DNA of 64,000 bases, from contig NW_027361747.1 of the NCBI RefSeq assembly GCF_039654945.1, positions 1,116,001-1,180,000 on the forward strand, written 5' to 3'. The notes beneath the pieces were generated by a model, which had not been told where the DNA came from, searched no databases, and saw nothing but the letters and a program-made list of their open reading frames with translations. A program made the translations under genes and the position numbers. Shown in pieces: positions 1 through 12,569 of the stretch; position 1 is the stretch's first letter, and every line of letters starts with the position of its first letter. The DNA is from Dendrobates tinctorius (Eukaryota).

Positions 1-640
1 CAGATTGCCCTATCTGTTCCCCAAATAATTGAGTCTCCCACTACCAGAACCTGTCTGGCCTGCCATGCTCTCCTATTTCCCCCCTTACTGGAGCAGACAC
101 TCCTCTGGCTTTCAGAGGACATGCCTTGCTGCAGCAGTGCTACTCCTGCACTAACACTCCCCTCATCTGCCAACTTAGCAAACTTATTGGGGTGTGCCAG
201 ATCAGGACTAGCCTCCCTGGTGCTCTTCCCTCTACCCCGCCTTCTTACTGTCACCCAGCTAGCTGCTTCATTGTCCTGTAGCTCCAACCTAGCATCCCCC
301 CCTCATCAATCCCATTGAGCGTCTGCTCAGTGAGCAGAAGACTCCTTTCCATATTGTCTATGGATCTCAGTGTTGCCAGCTGCACATTTAGATCCAGTAT
401 CTGGGCTTCCAAATGCACAACGTGCTCACATCTCGCACAGCAGTATGCACCCTCGACCGGCTGTTCAAGGATTTCATACATGCGGCAAGACGTGCACTGG
501 ATGGCATTGGCAATAGTGGTGCACATCCTAATGGGGATTGCACCAGACAAAAAGATAAGCAAAAATAAATAAAAAGTATTAATAAAATATAACAGCAATT
601 CAGTAATACCTCCCTTGGAAACTCCCTGAATTCAAAGTCA
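1..640 (-). mobile_element. CR1-type LINE 5' part: ORF1 (Cys/His finger, coiled coil, start of GDSL esterase), frameshifted, runs off the window
   Basis: ORF 598-251 has CTSCRMYE..CCARCEHV followed by a heptad-rich helix. The reverse complement of 1-60 reads RQVLVVGDSII.GTDRAI, the esterase motif typical of CR1 ORF1. Confidence 0.8.
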
Positions 641-1630
641 CTGAATCACAAGTCACACACTTACCACAGTTCGCACTTACGCTCAGGTCACACTCGGCTC
701 GTTCACACTCGCGCAGGCAGAAGATTTAATAGATTTTTTTTTCCCTTTTACCAGCACACCACCCTGCTGCTCAATGCACTTCCAAAAGGTGTTGAGCCCC
801 AACCAGCTGCCCCTTATAAACCCTTAATTATGAACTCCCACCCTTAATTAACCCCTTGTGAATATAGTTACACCTCAAGATTTAAATGCAATATAGTTAA
901 CCCTTAAAAACACAGATAGTAAAATAAGAGATTAACCCTGTAGAAAGAAAAAATAGGTTAAACAAGCTCCCCAAAAATTGAACAGGTAGAAAGCACTCAG
1001 CAACCTACAATTCAGCAACTCACACAGGTATTTGTTATAGGTTTTCCAAATAACTCTTCACTGAATCACAAGTCACACACTTACCACAGTTCGCACTTAC
1101 GCTCAGGTCACACTCAGCTCGTTCACACTCGCGCAGGCAGAAGATTTAATAGATTTTTTTTTCCCTTTTACCAGCACACCACCCTGCTGCTCAATGCACT
1201 TCCAAAAGGAGTTGAGCCCCAACCAGCTGCCCCTTATAAACCCTTAATTATGAACTCCCACCCTTAATTAACCCCTTGTGAATATAGTTACACCTCAAGA
1301 TTTAAATGCAATATAGTTAACCCTTAAAAACACAGATAGTAAAATAAGAGATTAACCCTGTAGAAAGAAAAAATAGGTTAAACAAGCCCCCCAAAAATTG
1401 AACAGGTAGAAAGCACTCAGCAACCTACAATTCAGCAACTCACACAGGTATTTGTTATAGGTTTTCCAAATAACTCTTCACTGAATCACAAGTCACACAC
1501 TTACCACAGTTCGCACTTACGCTCAGGTCACACTCAGCTCGTTCACACTTGCTCAGGCAGAAGAATTAAAAGATTTTTTTTTTCCCTTTTACCAGCACAC
1601 CACCCTGCTGCTCAATGCACTTTCAAAAGT
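641..1630. repeat. Tandem array of 420-bp monomers (about 2.35 copies) in the CR1 5' UTR
   Basis: ctgaatcacaagtcacacac recurs at 641, 1061 and 1481; units are nearly identical. Confidence 0.9.
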
Positions 1631-2182
1631 TCAACCTTTAATGAATATAATAAGAGCTACCAAAAGATACAGTGAAGATGAAGCACACTAAATCAAATGC
1701 TACAGACTATAACAGAGAATGTCTGTATATGTCTCAACAACAGATCACACAGAGTATATACATGTGACTATTCCAAATCCAGAATTTGAAAGGACTGAAC
1801 AGAAAAAAATAAATTACTTGGTCTGAGACAGTGTAAATAGAGACCAAAGTCAAACAATGAACGGTTTCCTTATCAGAGGTATAAAACAGAAGAACCTCTA
1901 CCCTGTTCAGGTTATCAAGGAATATGCCTATTCATGTGTATAGAAGAGACATCAAAATAACAGAATCCATAAACATTATGAGAAAAGGAAAGATCTCACC
2001 GCATGCATATGGAAGTTGTCCAAAGTCAGATGTCCCATCAGAGTCATGTCAGGTCAGGAAGAAAGGCATTCGCCCTAATCAGGCCCTAAATGAGCTAACA
2101 ATTCTGACACCCATGACTTCCGCCCTGACAAGGGCAGTCAACATCTAACCCTCACAATAAGGCCCTACAATATCCCTGTGCA

Positions 2183-2220
2183 TCCCGACGCGTTTCGTCA
2201 CTTGATGACTCTTAAGGGGA
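2183..2220 (-). ncRNA. Type I hammerhead ribozyme motif, variant core CUUAAGA (G5U)
   Basis: UCCC-CUUAAGA-GUCA(UCAAG)UGAC-GAAAC-GC-GUC-GGGA: stems I and II are intact and stem III is palindromic. Confidence 0.65.
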
Positions 2221-3080
2221 CCTACTAGCACACACTGGGCATAATAACAAGGTATATGGGCTGCCTCCTAAGATGACAATGGAGTGAGGCAGACTGACAG
2301 AAAAGGGCACTAAAATAAACTGCCAATCAAGATAAGATCACCCACCTGAGGTTTATTGGAACGCACGCCGTCCGCCATTAGCCACTGTGGAGCGCAGCAC
2401 ATGATAAGTGGCACAGGAGGAGATAAATGACACCGCCCCCTTCCTTCACTCCATGGCTAGCGTGTATGTTAGCGTACGCTGCGCGGTAGAAGCCGCGATA
2501 CTTCCGGTTGCTCAAACCGCCCGAAAGCAAAATGGCCGCCACACTTCCGGTCATGCGCACACTTATCAATCAGTGCGCCGCAATTCAAACTGGCCAAGCA
2601 CGCCGCGCGGTAAGAGCTGCAATACGTCCGGTCGCTCATACAGCCCGAAAGCAATATGGCCCCCATACTTCCGGTCATGCGCGCACTCATCGATCTGTGC
2701 GCCGCTATTCATGACCGGTCAAACAGGCCGTGCAGCTCTGAATAGCCTCCCCAGACAACACCAAATGTGAAAAAATAGTTCCGGGAGGCAAAAACAAAAC
2801 CCGGGAATACAGCATGATGACCCAAAAGTAGCGCAACAAAAGGGCCTCCCTCTGGAAACATCAATCCAGCTGCAAAGTTCCCAATATGGATAGTTGGACA
2901 AAAATCCATATGATAAAAATCATAGAAGCGGTAAACCAAAACACGGTGGGAGAAATAAATCAAACCCTCAAACTAGGAATAACATGGTAGCCTGGAAAAT
3001 AAATAAATGGGTATTTTACAGGAAATGCATAGAAAATAAAATCACATAAAAGTTCACACACATATGCAGACCCTAAATAT

Positions 3081-3120
3081 GCCCCCCGAGGAAGCCAATA
3101 GGCAAAACGTGCGTCGGGGC
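3081..3120 (+). ncRNA. Degenerate type I hammerhead motif, antisense to the PLE ORF
   Basis: GCCCC-CCGAGGA-A-GCC(AAUA)GGC-AAAAC-GUGC-GUC-GGGGC. It has U4C and G12A changes; the latter is consistent with CpG decay. Confidence 0.55.
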
Positions 3121-3719
3121 ACGTTCCTGGAACCGGGATACTCACCTACATGGGTAAGCACTAAAGGACATTTTAATCTGCACTGTTACTTTATGTATTA
3201 AGGGATATTACCCTCATACATGGATTTACCTCTGGGTTATTTACTTGTGGTCAGCCACACTCATTACCCCTTTTATGGGCCCCTTTGCTCTGTATTGGCC
3301 CCTTATCCCTGATTCACACCGGAGTCTAGTCGATGTATTACTTGAATATATCTGCAGGGTGAGGTTTTGATTATGAGCAATAGTACACTTAGGCTTGTGG
3401 CTTGCGATATTATATACATCTTTCTCCCTTTGAAGGTCTCTTCTGCGGTGCACATTACTGTATCTAAGCTCTGAGTGGTTACGGGGAATTCTGTTAGTCT
3501 CCTATAACTAACCATTCATCTATTACTATGTTTATTGTGTTTTTATGTGATGTTGAATAAAAAATATTTTTAACACTATATATCTTTGTGCTATGGCTTA
3601 TGTAGGGCTGGATGCTCCTTACATGTGTGAATTTTGACTATGCTGGGAGTTGCCCGTCCCCTTAGGGGAATATGGAATTTTTCTATCACCTATTGTATCG
3701 GTTATATTAAATTGAGACC

Positions 3720-5090
3720 CTAAATATAGCAGCTATTATTGAGTTGGTCATTGAGCCCTCCAGGGGTCATGGTACTCAGACAAAATATCCATTTAGTCTC
3801 CTTTTGTAAGATGATCCGGTCCCAATTACCACCTCTTGGTGGTTTTTTTACCCTCTCAATCCCCGCAAATTGGATGGAATTAATATTCCCTCCTTGACAA
3901 TGATTGATATGGCGTGAGATGGGGGTATCTCTCTTATGGGTGATGTCCCCAATATGTTCCCCCACCCTGCGTTTAAACTCCCTAATGGTTTTGCCCACAT
4001 ATTCCTTGCCACACAGGCAAGTGGCCTTGTAAATCACTCCCTTACTGCTACAGTTTATAAATTCTCTAATTTGGAACTGTTGTCCTGTAACATTACTGAC
4101 AAAGCCACTGCCTGGAGCAATGTGGGAACAAGCAACGTAGTGGCCACATCTAAAACAGCCTTTCACATTAGTGGACAACCAGGTAGTATTGGAGGGTCTA
4201 GTGAAATGACTGTTAACCAGACGATCTTTCAACGAACGGCTTTTTTTGTATGTGATCAAAGGTCGCGTGGAAAGTTCCCTTCCAATGTCCTTATCCATTA
4301 ACAAAATGGGCCAGTGTTTGGTGAGAATAGCACGAACATCATTAGATCCTTTGTCAAAAGTAGTGATTAGTCTCATTTCACCCTTGTTCTCAACTCTGGG
4401 TTTGGGTTTAAGGAGTTCTAATCTATGTTTACCTTTTGCATTTCTGTAGGCATGTTTCAAAACATCATGGGGATAACCCCTGTCCAAAAATCTGTCTCTG
4501 AGTTCCTTAGCCTGTCTCTCAAAAGATTCCTCTGTAGAACAATTTCTGCGTATCCTGAGGTATTGGCCCTTAGGTACCCCACGTCTTAAATGTACCGGAT
4601 GACTACTATCCCATCTCAATAGAGAATTCGTAGCCGTGAGCTTCCTGTAGGTACAGGTGGTAATAGTTCCATCATTACTCCTCTCAAATAAAAAAGTCAA
4701 GGAAAGACAATGAAAATAGGTCCATCACAGAAGTAAAAAATAAACCACAATCATTATGGTTCAATGTGCCAACAAATTCAGAAAAGCTGTCAATAGAACC
4801 CCTCCACAGTATGAGGATGTCATCTATATACCGGACCCACAGCTCAATCCGTCCCATAACATCCAGACCACTCCTGAAGAACTGAGTATCCTACCACCAG
4901 CCCAGGAAGAAATTAGCGTACGCCAGGGCACATGGGCTCCCCATGGCGGTGCCCCTGAGCTTGTGGTAGTCTGAGCTAAGTCTTTTTTGAATGATCGTTT
5001 GAAAGATCAAATCGAGGTCACCAAATAATTCTCCACAGAGACTGATTTTTCTCTAAAAGAAACTAAGTTACAAACTTACCTTGAGCGCTT
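3720..5090 (-). pseudogene. PLE reverse transcriptase (C-terminal part), Cys linker and GIY-YIG endonuclease; disrupted upstream of about 4700
   Basis: RT motifs GTAMGS (~4930-4950) and WVRYIDDI (~4816-4840). ORF 4700-3720 contains CFRCGHYVAC and GVIYKATCLCGKEYVGKT.R..R..EH. Confidence 0.9.
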
Positions 5091-5674
5091 TCAATATCAC
5101 TAGTGTTGAGCATTCCGATACCGCAAGTATCGGGTATCGGCCGATACTTGCTGTATCGGAATTCCGATACCGACTTCCGATATTTTTTCAATATCGGAAT
5201 TCGGCATCGGAATCGGAAGTTCAAAGTTGATTGACGGCCTGACGTCATCATGATGCGCGGTGTGTGCGCATCATGATGCGCCGTCATTTCGGGCCTTCCG
5301 GGGGTCTCTGCCGGCCTGCCGGGGGGCTGTGTGGACTGCCCGGGGTCTGTACCGGCCTGCCGGGGGGCTGTGCCGGCCTGCCGGTGGTCTGTGCACCCTG
5401 TGGGGGTCTGTACCGGCCTGCCGGGGGGCTGTGCCGGCCTGCCGGTGGTCTGTGCACCCTGTGGGGGTCTGTACCGGCCTGCCGGGGGGCTGTGCCGGCC
5501 TGCCGGGGGGCTGTGCTGATGTCCGGGGGTCTGTGCAAGCATCGTCCGATGGGACTACAAGTCCCATCTGGCGATGCCTGCTACCATGACAGTGATTGAC
5601 ACATTAGCCAATGATGGGACAGTAGTAGTCCCATCATCCGGCTAATGTGTTAAATGTTAAAAAAAAAAAAAAAT

Positions 5675-6485
5675 ACTACATACATACTACATACATACTA
5701 CATGCTACATACATACTACATATATACTACATGCATGCTACATACATACTACATGCTACATACATACTACATATATACTACATGCATGCTACATACATAC
5801 TACATGCTACATACATACTACATATATACTACATACATACTACATACATGCTACATACATACTGCATGCTACATTCATACTACATACATACTACATACAT
5901 ACTACATGCATGCTACATACATACTACATACATACAACATGCATGCTACATACATACTACATGCATGCTACATGCATGCTACATACATACTACATACATA
6001 CCACATACATACTACATACATACTACATGCTACATACATACTACATATATACTACATGCATGCTACATGCATGCTACATGCTACATACATACCACATACA
6101 TACTACATACATGCTACATACATACTACATACATACTACATGCATGCTACATACATACTACATGCATGCTACATGCATGCTACATACATACTACATGCTA
6201 CATACATACCACATACATACTACATACATACTACATACATACTACATACATACTACATATATACTACATGCATGCTACATACATACTACATGCTACATAC
6301 ATACCACATACATACTACATACATGCTACATACATACTACATATATACTACATGCATGCTACATACATACTACATATATACTACATGCATGCTACATACA
6401 TACTGCATGCTACATGCATGCTACATACATACTACATACATACTACATGCTACATACATACCACATATATACTACATACATACAA
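5675..6485 (+). repeat. Compound microsatellite (TACATACATAC / TACATGC / TACATGCATGC / TACATATATAC units), left arm
   Basis: Directly visible; explains the H/T/Y/I/L-rich ORFs in all three frames. Confidence 0.95.
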
Positions 6486-6864
6486 TACATTCATACAATA
6501 CATACATAGACATACAGTACATATAACATAGAGTAACATACTTACCAATACTTGTCACATTGTTCCCCGAAGCCATTGTCTTTTCCGGAATAAATATTAA
6601 CATAACAAACCACAAAAATACTCACCCACGATCCGAAGCAGTCCACGAGTGTGTCCCACGACGATCTGGGGTAGAGAACTGCAGCATCAGATGATGCTGC
6701 CATTCTCTACGGGCTGCAGGAATCCAATGACGGAATATTAACTTATGTTAATATTTATTCCGGAAAAGACAATGGCTTCGGGGAACAATGTGACAAGTAT
6801 TGGTAAGTATGTTACTCTATGTTATATGTACTGTATGTCTATGTATGTATTGTATGAATGTATT

Positions 6865-7925
6865 GTATGTATGTAGTATATATGTGGTATGTATGTAGCA
6901 TGTAGTATGTATGTAGTATGTATGTAGCATGCATGTAGCATGCAGTATGTATGTAGCATGCATGTAGTATATATGTAGTATGTATGTAGCATGCATGTAG
7001 TATATATGTAGTATGTATGTAGCATGTAGCATGTATGTAGTATGTATGTGGTATGTATGTAGCATGTAGTATGTATGTAGCATGCATGTAGTATATATGT
7101 AGTATGTATGTAGTATGTAGTATGTATGTAGTATGTATGTAGTATGTATGTGGTATGTATGTAGCATGTAGTATGTATGTAGCATGCATGTAGCATGCAT
7201 GTAGTATGTATGTAGCATGCATGTAGTATGTATGTAGCATGCATGTAGTATGTATGTAGTATGTATGTAGTATGCATGTAGTATGTATGTAGTATGTATG
7301 TAGTATGTATGTAGCATGTATGTAGTATGTATGTGGTATGTATGTAGCATGTAGTATGTATGTAGCATGCATGTAGTATATATGTAGTATGTATGTAGCA
7401 TGTAGTATGTATGTAGTATGTATGTAGTATGTATGTGGTATGTATGTAGCATGTAGTATGTATGTAGCATGCATGTAGCATGCATGTAGTATGTATGTAG
7501 CATGCATGTAGTATGTATGTATGTAGTATGTATGTAGCATGCATGTAGTATGTATGTAGTATGTATGTAGTATGTATGTAGCATGCAGTATGTATGTAGC
7601 ATGTATGTAGCATGTATGTAGTATGTATGTAGTATATATGTAGTATGTATGTAGCATGTAGTATGTATGTAGCATGCATGTAGTATATATGTAGTATGTA
7701 TGTAGCATGTAGTATGTATGTAGCATGCATGTAGTATGTATGTAGTATGTAGTATATATGTAGTATGTATGTAGCATGTAGTATGTATGTAGCATGCATG
7801 TAGTATATATGTAGTATGTATGTAGCATGTAGTATGTATGTAGCATGCATGTAGTATGTATGTAGCATGTAGTATGTATGTAGCATGTAGTATGTATGTA
7901 GCATGCATGTAGTATGTATGTAGTA
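6865..7925 (-). repeat. Inverted copy of the compound microsatellite, right arm (longer)
   Basis: Reverse-complement units gtatgtatgta / gcatgta. Confidence 0.95.
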
Positions 7926-9019
7926 TTTTTTATTTTTTTTTTTTTAACATTTAACACATTAGCCGGATGATGGGACTACTACTGTCCCATCATTGGCTAA
8001 TGTGTCAATCACTGTCATGGTAGCAGGCATCGCCCGATGGGACTTGTAGTCCCATCGGACGATGCCTGCACAGACCCCCGAAGCCTGCACAGACCACCGG
8101 CAGGCCGGCACAGCCCCCCGGCAGGCCGGCACAGCCCCCCGGAGCCTGCACAGACCACCGGCAGGCCGGCACAGCCCACCGGAGCCTGCACAGACCACCG
8201 GCAGGCCGGCACAGCCCCCCGGCAGGCCGGCACAGACCACCGGAGCCTGCACAGACCCCCTGGCAGGCCGGCACAGCCCCCCGAAAGGCCCGTACAGACC
8301 CCAGAGAGGCTGTACAAGGCAAAAAAAGGGTTTTTCTTATTCCGATACCGGAAGTCCCATAGACTTGAATGGGACTTCCGGTATCGGAATCGGCGATACC
8401 GATACTTTTTTTAAAGATCGGCCGATCCATTCCGATCCGATACTTTGAAGTATCGGACGGTATCGCTCAACTCTAAATATCACCTTAAGGAGAGGGGAGG
8501 CTCTTCAGAGCTGCATGGCCTGTTTGACCGGTCATGAATAGCGGCGCACAGATCGATGAGTGCGCGCATGACCAGAAGTATGGGGACCATATTGCTTTCG
8601 GGCTGTATGAGCAACCAGACGTATTGCGGCTCTTACCGCGCGGCGTGCTTGGCCGGTCTGAATTGCGGCGCACTGATTGATAAGTGTGCGCATGACCGGA
8701 AGTGTGGCGGCCATTTTGCTTTCGGGCGGTTTGAGCAACCTTAAGTATCGCGGCTTCTACCGTGCGGTGTACGCTAACATACACGCTAGCCATGGAGTGA
8801 AGGAAGGGGGCAGTGTCATTATCTCCTCCTGCGCCACTTGTGCTGCGCTCCACAATGGCTAATGGCGGACGGCGTGCGTTCCAATAAACCTCAGGTGGGT
8901 GATCTTATCTTGATTGGCAGTTTATTTTAGTGCCCTTTTCTGTCAGTCTGCCTCACTCCATTGTCATCTTAGAAGGCAGCCCATATACCTTGTTATTATG
9001 CCCAGTGTGTGCTAGTAGG

Positions 9020-9057
9020 TCCCCTTAAGAGTCATCAAGTGACGAAACGCGTTGGGA
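9020..9057 (+). ncRNA. Hammerhead motif in the inverted right arm (copy of 2183-2220)
   Basis: tccccttaagagtcatcaagtgacgaaacgcgttggga. Confidence 0.6.
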
Positions 9058-9974
9058 TGCACAGGGATATTGTAGGGCCTTATTGTGAGGGTTAGATGTG
9101 GACTGCCCTTGTCAGGGCGGGAGTCATGGGTGTCAGAATTGTTAGCTGTTTAGGGCCTGATTAGGGCGAATGCCTTTCTTCCTGACCTGACATGACTCTG
9201 ATGGGACATCTGACTTTGGACATCTTCCATATGTATGCGGTGAGATCTTTCCTTTTCTCATAATGTTTATGGATTCTGTTATTTTGATGTCTCCTCTATA
9301 CACATGAATAGGCATATTCCTTGATAACCTGAGGTTCTTCTGTTTTATACCTCTGATAAGGAAACCGTTCATTGTTTGACTTTGGTCTCTATTTACACTG
9401 TCTCAGACCAAGTAATTTATTTTTTTCTGTCCAGTCCTTTCAAATTTTGGACTTGGAATAGTCACATGTATATACTCTGTGTGATCTGTTGTTGAGACAT
9501 ATAAAGACACTCTCTGTTATCGTCTGTGGCATTTAATTTAGTGTGCTTTATCTTCACTATATCTTTTGGTAGCTTTTATTGTATTCATTAAAGGTTATGT
9601 TTTATGATTTCTCTATTGCTGATTTGCTACCTTATATCGTGAGAATTTGGGGTTTTCATTCCACTTAGTGCTGCCTCTGCACAGATCACCAAAAATTCCT
9701 AAAAACTCTCTCAAGTTAATGAGACACCTGATCTTGACGATCTATCCTAATTATAAGTTATCAATATCATGCAGAAGACATCCCATTTAAAGTGTCCTGA
9801 AAATAAACTGGGTTATTTTACAATTTCAGGATTCCTTCAATTTACAATATATTAATTTGATTCACTATAATAATTGTATATTAAAGAATATATACAATAT
9901 GCAAGATGGGGGGCATTCATATATAATTAAAAGGGTTGCCCTCCTTTGGAGACATTTTTTAATGAATGCATGTG

Positions 9975-11990
9975 TTGACCAGATCCGACAGGAAATTATC
10001 TCCCAATCACCTCATACATGCACTGTCCTCCCTCCCCCACTGCATCGAACTCACTCTCTGATTTTGAACCAGTCACAGAAGAAGTAAGCAGGCTCCTTGC
10101 ATCTTCTCGGCCAACCACTTGGACCAGTGACCCATTTCTGTTACATCTACTCCAGTCCCTTTCCCCTGCTGTCACCCCTCACCTAACTAAAATATTTAAC
10201 CTCTCTCTCTCTTCTGGTATCTTTCCCTCCTCATTTAAGCATGCCATCATACATCCACTACTTAAAAAACCATCCCTCGACCAAAACTGTGCCGCTAACT
10301 ATAGACCTGTCTCTAATCTTCCCTTCATCTTTAAACTCCTGGAACGCCTGGTCCTCTCCCGTCTTATCCGCTACCTCTTTGATAACTCTCTTCTCGACCC
10401 TCTCCAATCCGGTTTCCGCTCTTTACACTCTACTGAAACTGCCCTCACTAAAGTCTGTAATGATCTACTAACAGCTAAATCAAATGGTCATTACTCCATG
10501 CTAATTCTCTTGGATCTCTCTGCAGCATTCGACACTGTGGATCATCGGCTCCTCCTCACTATGCTCCGCTCCATTGGCCTCAAGGACACCATTCTCTCCT
10601 GGTTCTCCTGCTATCTCTCTGACCGCTCCTTTACTGTATCTTTTGCCGGTTCCTCCTCCTCTCACCTTCCCCTTACTGTTGGGGTTCCTCAAGGATCGGT
10701 TCTAGGTCCCCTCCTCTTCTCCTTGTACACTGCCCTTATTGGTCAAACAATCAGTAGATTTGGTTTCCAGTACCATCTCTATGCTGATGACACCCAATTA
10801 TACGCTTCTTCTCCTGACATCACGCCAGTCTTTTTAGAAAACACCGGCGATTGTCTAAACACTGTGTCTAACATCATGTCCTCACTATATCTGAAACTGA
10901 ACCTGTCAAAGACTGAACTCCTTGTGTTTCCTCCCTCTACTAATGTACTTATACCCGACATTGCCATTTCCGTGTGTGGTTCCACTATTACTCCCCAGCA
11001 ACATGCCCGCTGTGTTGGGGTCATACTTGACTCCGAGCGTTCCTTTGCCCCCCCCACATATGATCACTGGCTCGCTCTTGTTATCTGCACCTCAAAAACA
11101 TTTCTAGAATTCGACCTTTTCTTACTTTTGACTCTGCAAAAACTCTTACTGTTTCTCTTATTCATTCTCGTCTCGACTATTGTAACTCTCTTCTAATCGG
11201 TCTCCCTCTTACCAGACTCTCCCCTCTCCAATCTGTCTTGAATGCTGCAGCTAGGATCATATTCCTCACCAATCGTTACACCGATGCCTCTACCTTGTGC
11301 CAGTCATTACACTGGCTACCCATCCACTCCAGAATTCAGTATAAACTTATTACCCTCACCCACAAATCCCTCCATGGCTCAGCACCACCCTACATCTCCT
11401 CCCTTGTTTCAGTATACCACCCTACCCACGCCCTCCGTTCTGCTGATGACCTGAGGTTATCATCCTCAATAATCAGAACCTCCCACTGCCGTCTCCAAGA
11501 CTTTACACGTGCTGCGCCAATTCTTTGAATGCACCTCCCAGGTCAATACGATTGGTCCCCAATCCCCACAATTTTAAGCGTTCCCTGAAAACGCATTTAT
11601 TCAGACTGGCCTACCGCCTCAACACATTAACCTAAGCTATCCCTGGGTGGCACAGTCAAAAGTTTTGCCATAACCAGGTTCCCCGCATCATGTTCCCACA
11701 TGCTTTATACATCCATTAGCCCTCTGTGTCTGTACTGTTACACACTTAACATTATGGCTGGTCCAAACAATCAGGGCAACTGTTACCACCCACCTTTCGT
11801 GTCTCCCCTTTTTTCCTCATAGGTTGTAAGCTTGCGAGCAGGGCTCTCATTCCTCTTGGTATTTGTTATGATCTCTGTGATTATTGTTATGCTGTAATGT
11901 CTATTGTCTGTACAAATCCCCTCTGAAATGTAAAGTGCTGCGGAATATGTCGGCGCTATAGAAATAAAATTTATTATTATTATTATTATT
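9975..11990 (+). mobile_element. L2 LINE, 5'-truncated, RT ORF2 with frameshifts, (ATT)n tail
   Basis: ORF 10018-11196 has [35 protein letters not shown] and YADD. The continuation has AAARII and LHWLP. It ends in aataaa followed by (tta)n. Confidence 0.92.
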
Positions 11991-12569
11991 GGGGCTATAA
12001 ATTATTTTTGCAATTCAGTTGCATTCAAAATGTCCTGTTTGACTTTTACAGGCATTTTTCTTTCTCTGCACATTTGACTTTGATGTGGTCATAAATCAGG
12101 TGAGAGGAGCTCAGAAATAGACAAAAAAAACATTTACAGACTCTCTCCTGAAGCCATCAGTATGAGCTCACTGATGGATTCTCAGTTAACTCATTCTCCA
12201 GTCAGCATTAGACAGTGCAACACAGAGTTTATAAAAGGTAAACAGTATTTTTTTTTATTTCCAAATACTTGCATTCAAATAACATTAAAATTGTCCACAA
12301 TGGGGTTCAACCCCTTTGAATGCCATTATACAGAATATGTTTGAAAGTTTCTTTTACTAAACTAACCTTTCCAAGTGTGCATTTGCACATAGCATTTCGT
12401 TCGTAAAACAGACATTTGTTCGCTTTTTTTGTTGACAGTAAAAATTCTGAACTTAGATGTTGAATGTTAGTCAGTAATTGTCAAATTTAAAGCAAACATT
12501 GTGTGAGTTTGGTGACTTTGTTTTTTTGGTGTTTGTAAGGTAGTATTTTCTTAAACAAAAGCTTTGCAC

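Larger units (their letters stand above)
5101..8475. mobile_element. Non-autonomous hAT element, 3375 bp, almost wholly palindromic and satellite-filled
   Basis: TIRs TAGTGTTGAGC / GCTCAACTCTA with a perfect 8-bp TSD aatatcac (5093-5100 and 8476-8483). Internal blocks are mirror-ordered around a spacer at about 6610-6740. Confidence 0.9.
1633..9690 (-). mobile_element. Penelope-like element (Neptune-type), 5'-truncated, with inverted arms 1633-2752 and 8494-9596 and a right-side tail to about 9690; interrupted by a hAT MITE
   Basis: RT plus GIY-YIG coding sequence on the minus strand. The ~1.1-kb arms are reverse complements and each carries a hammerhead motif. Right end of the tail is approximate. 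Confidence 0.85.

Noticed and set aside
5647-7957. 200-370 aa His/Tyr/Thr-rich ORFs in all three frames
   Set aside because: The repeat words cannot form stop codons on that strand; these are satellite artefacts inside a MITE.
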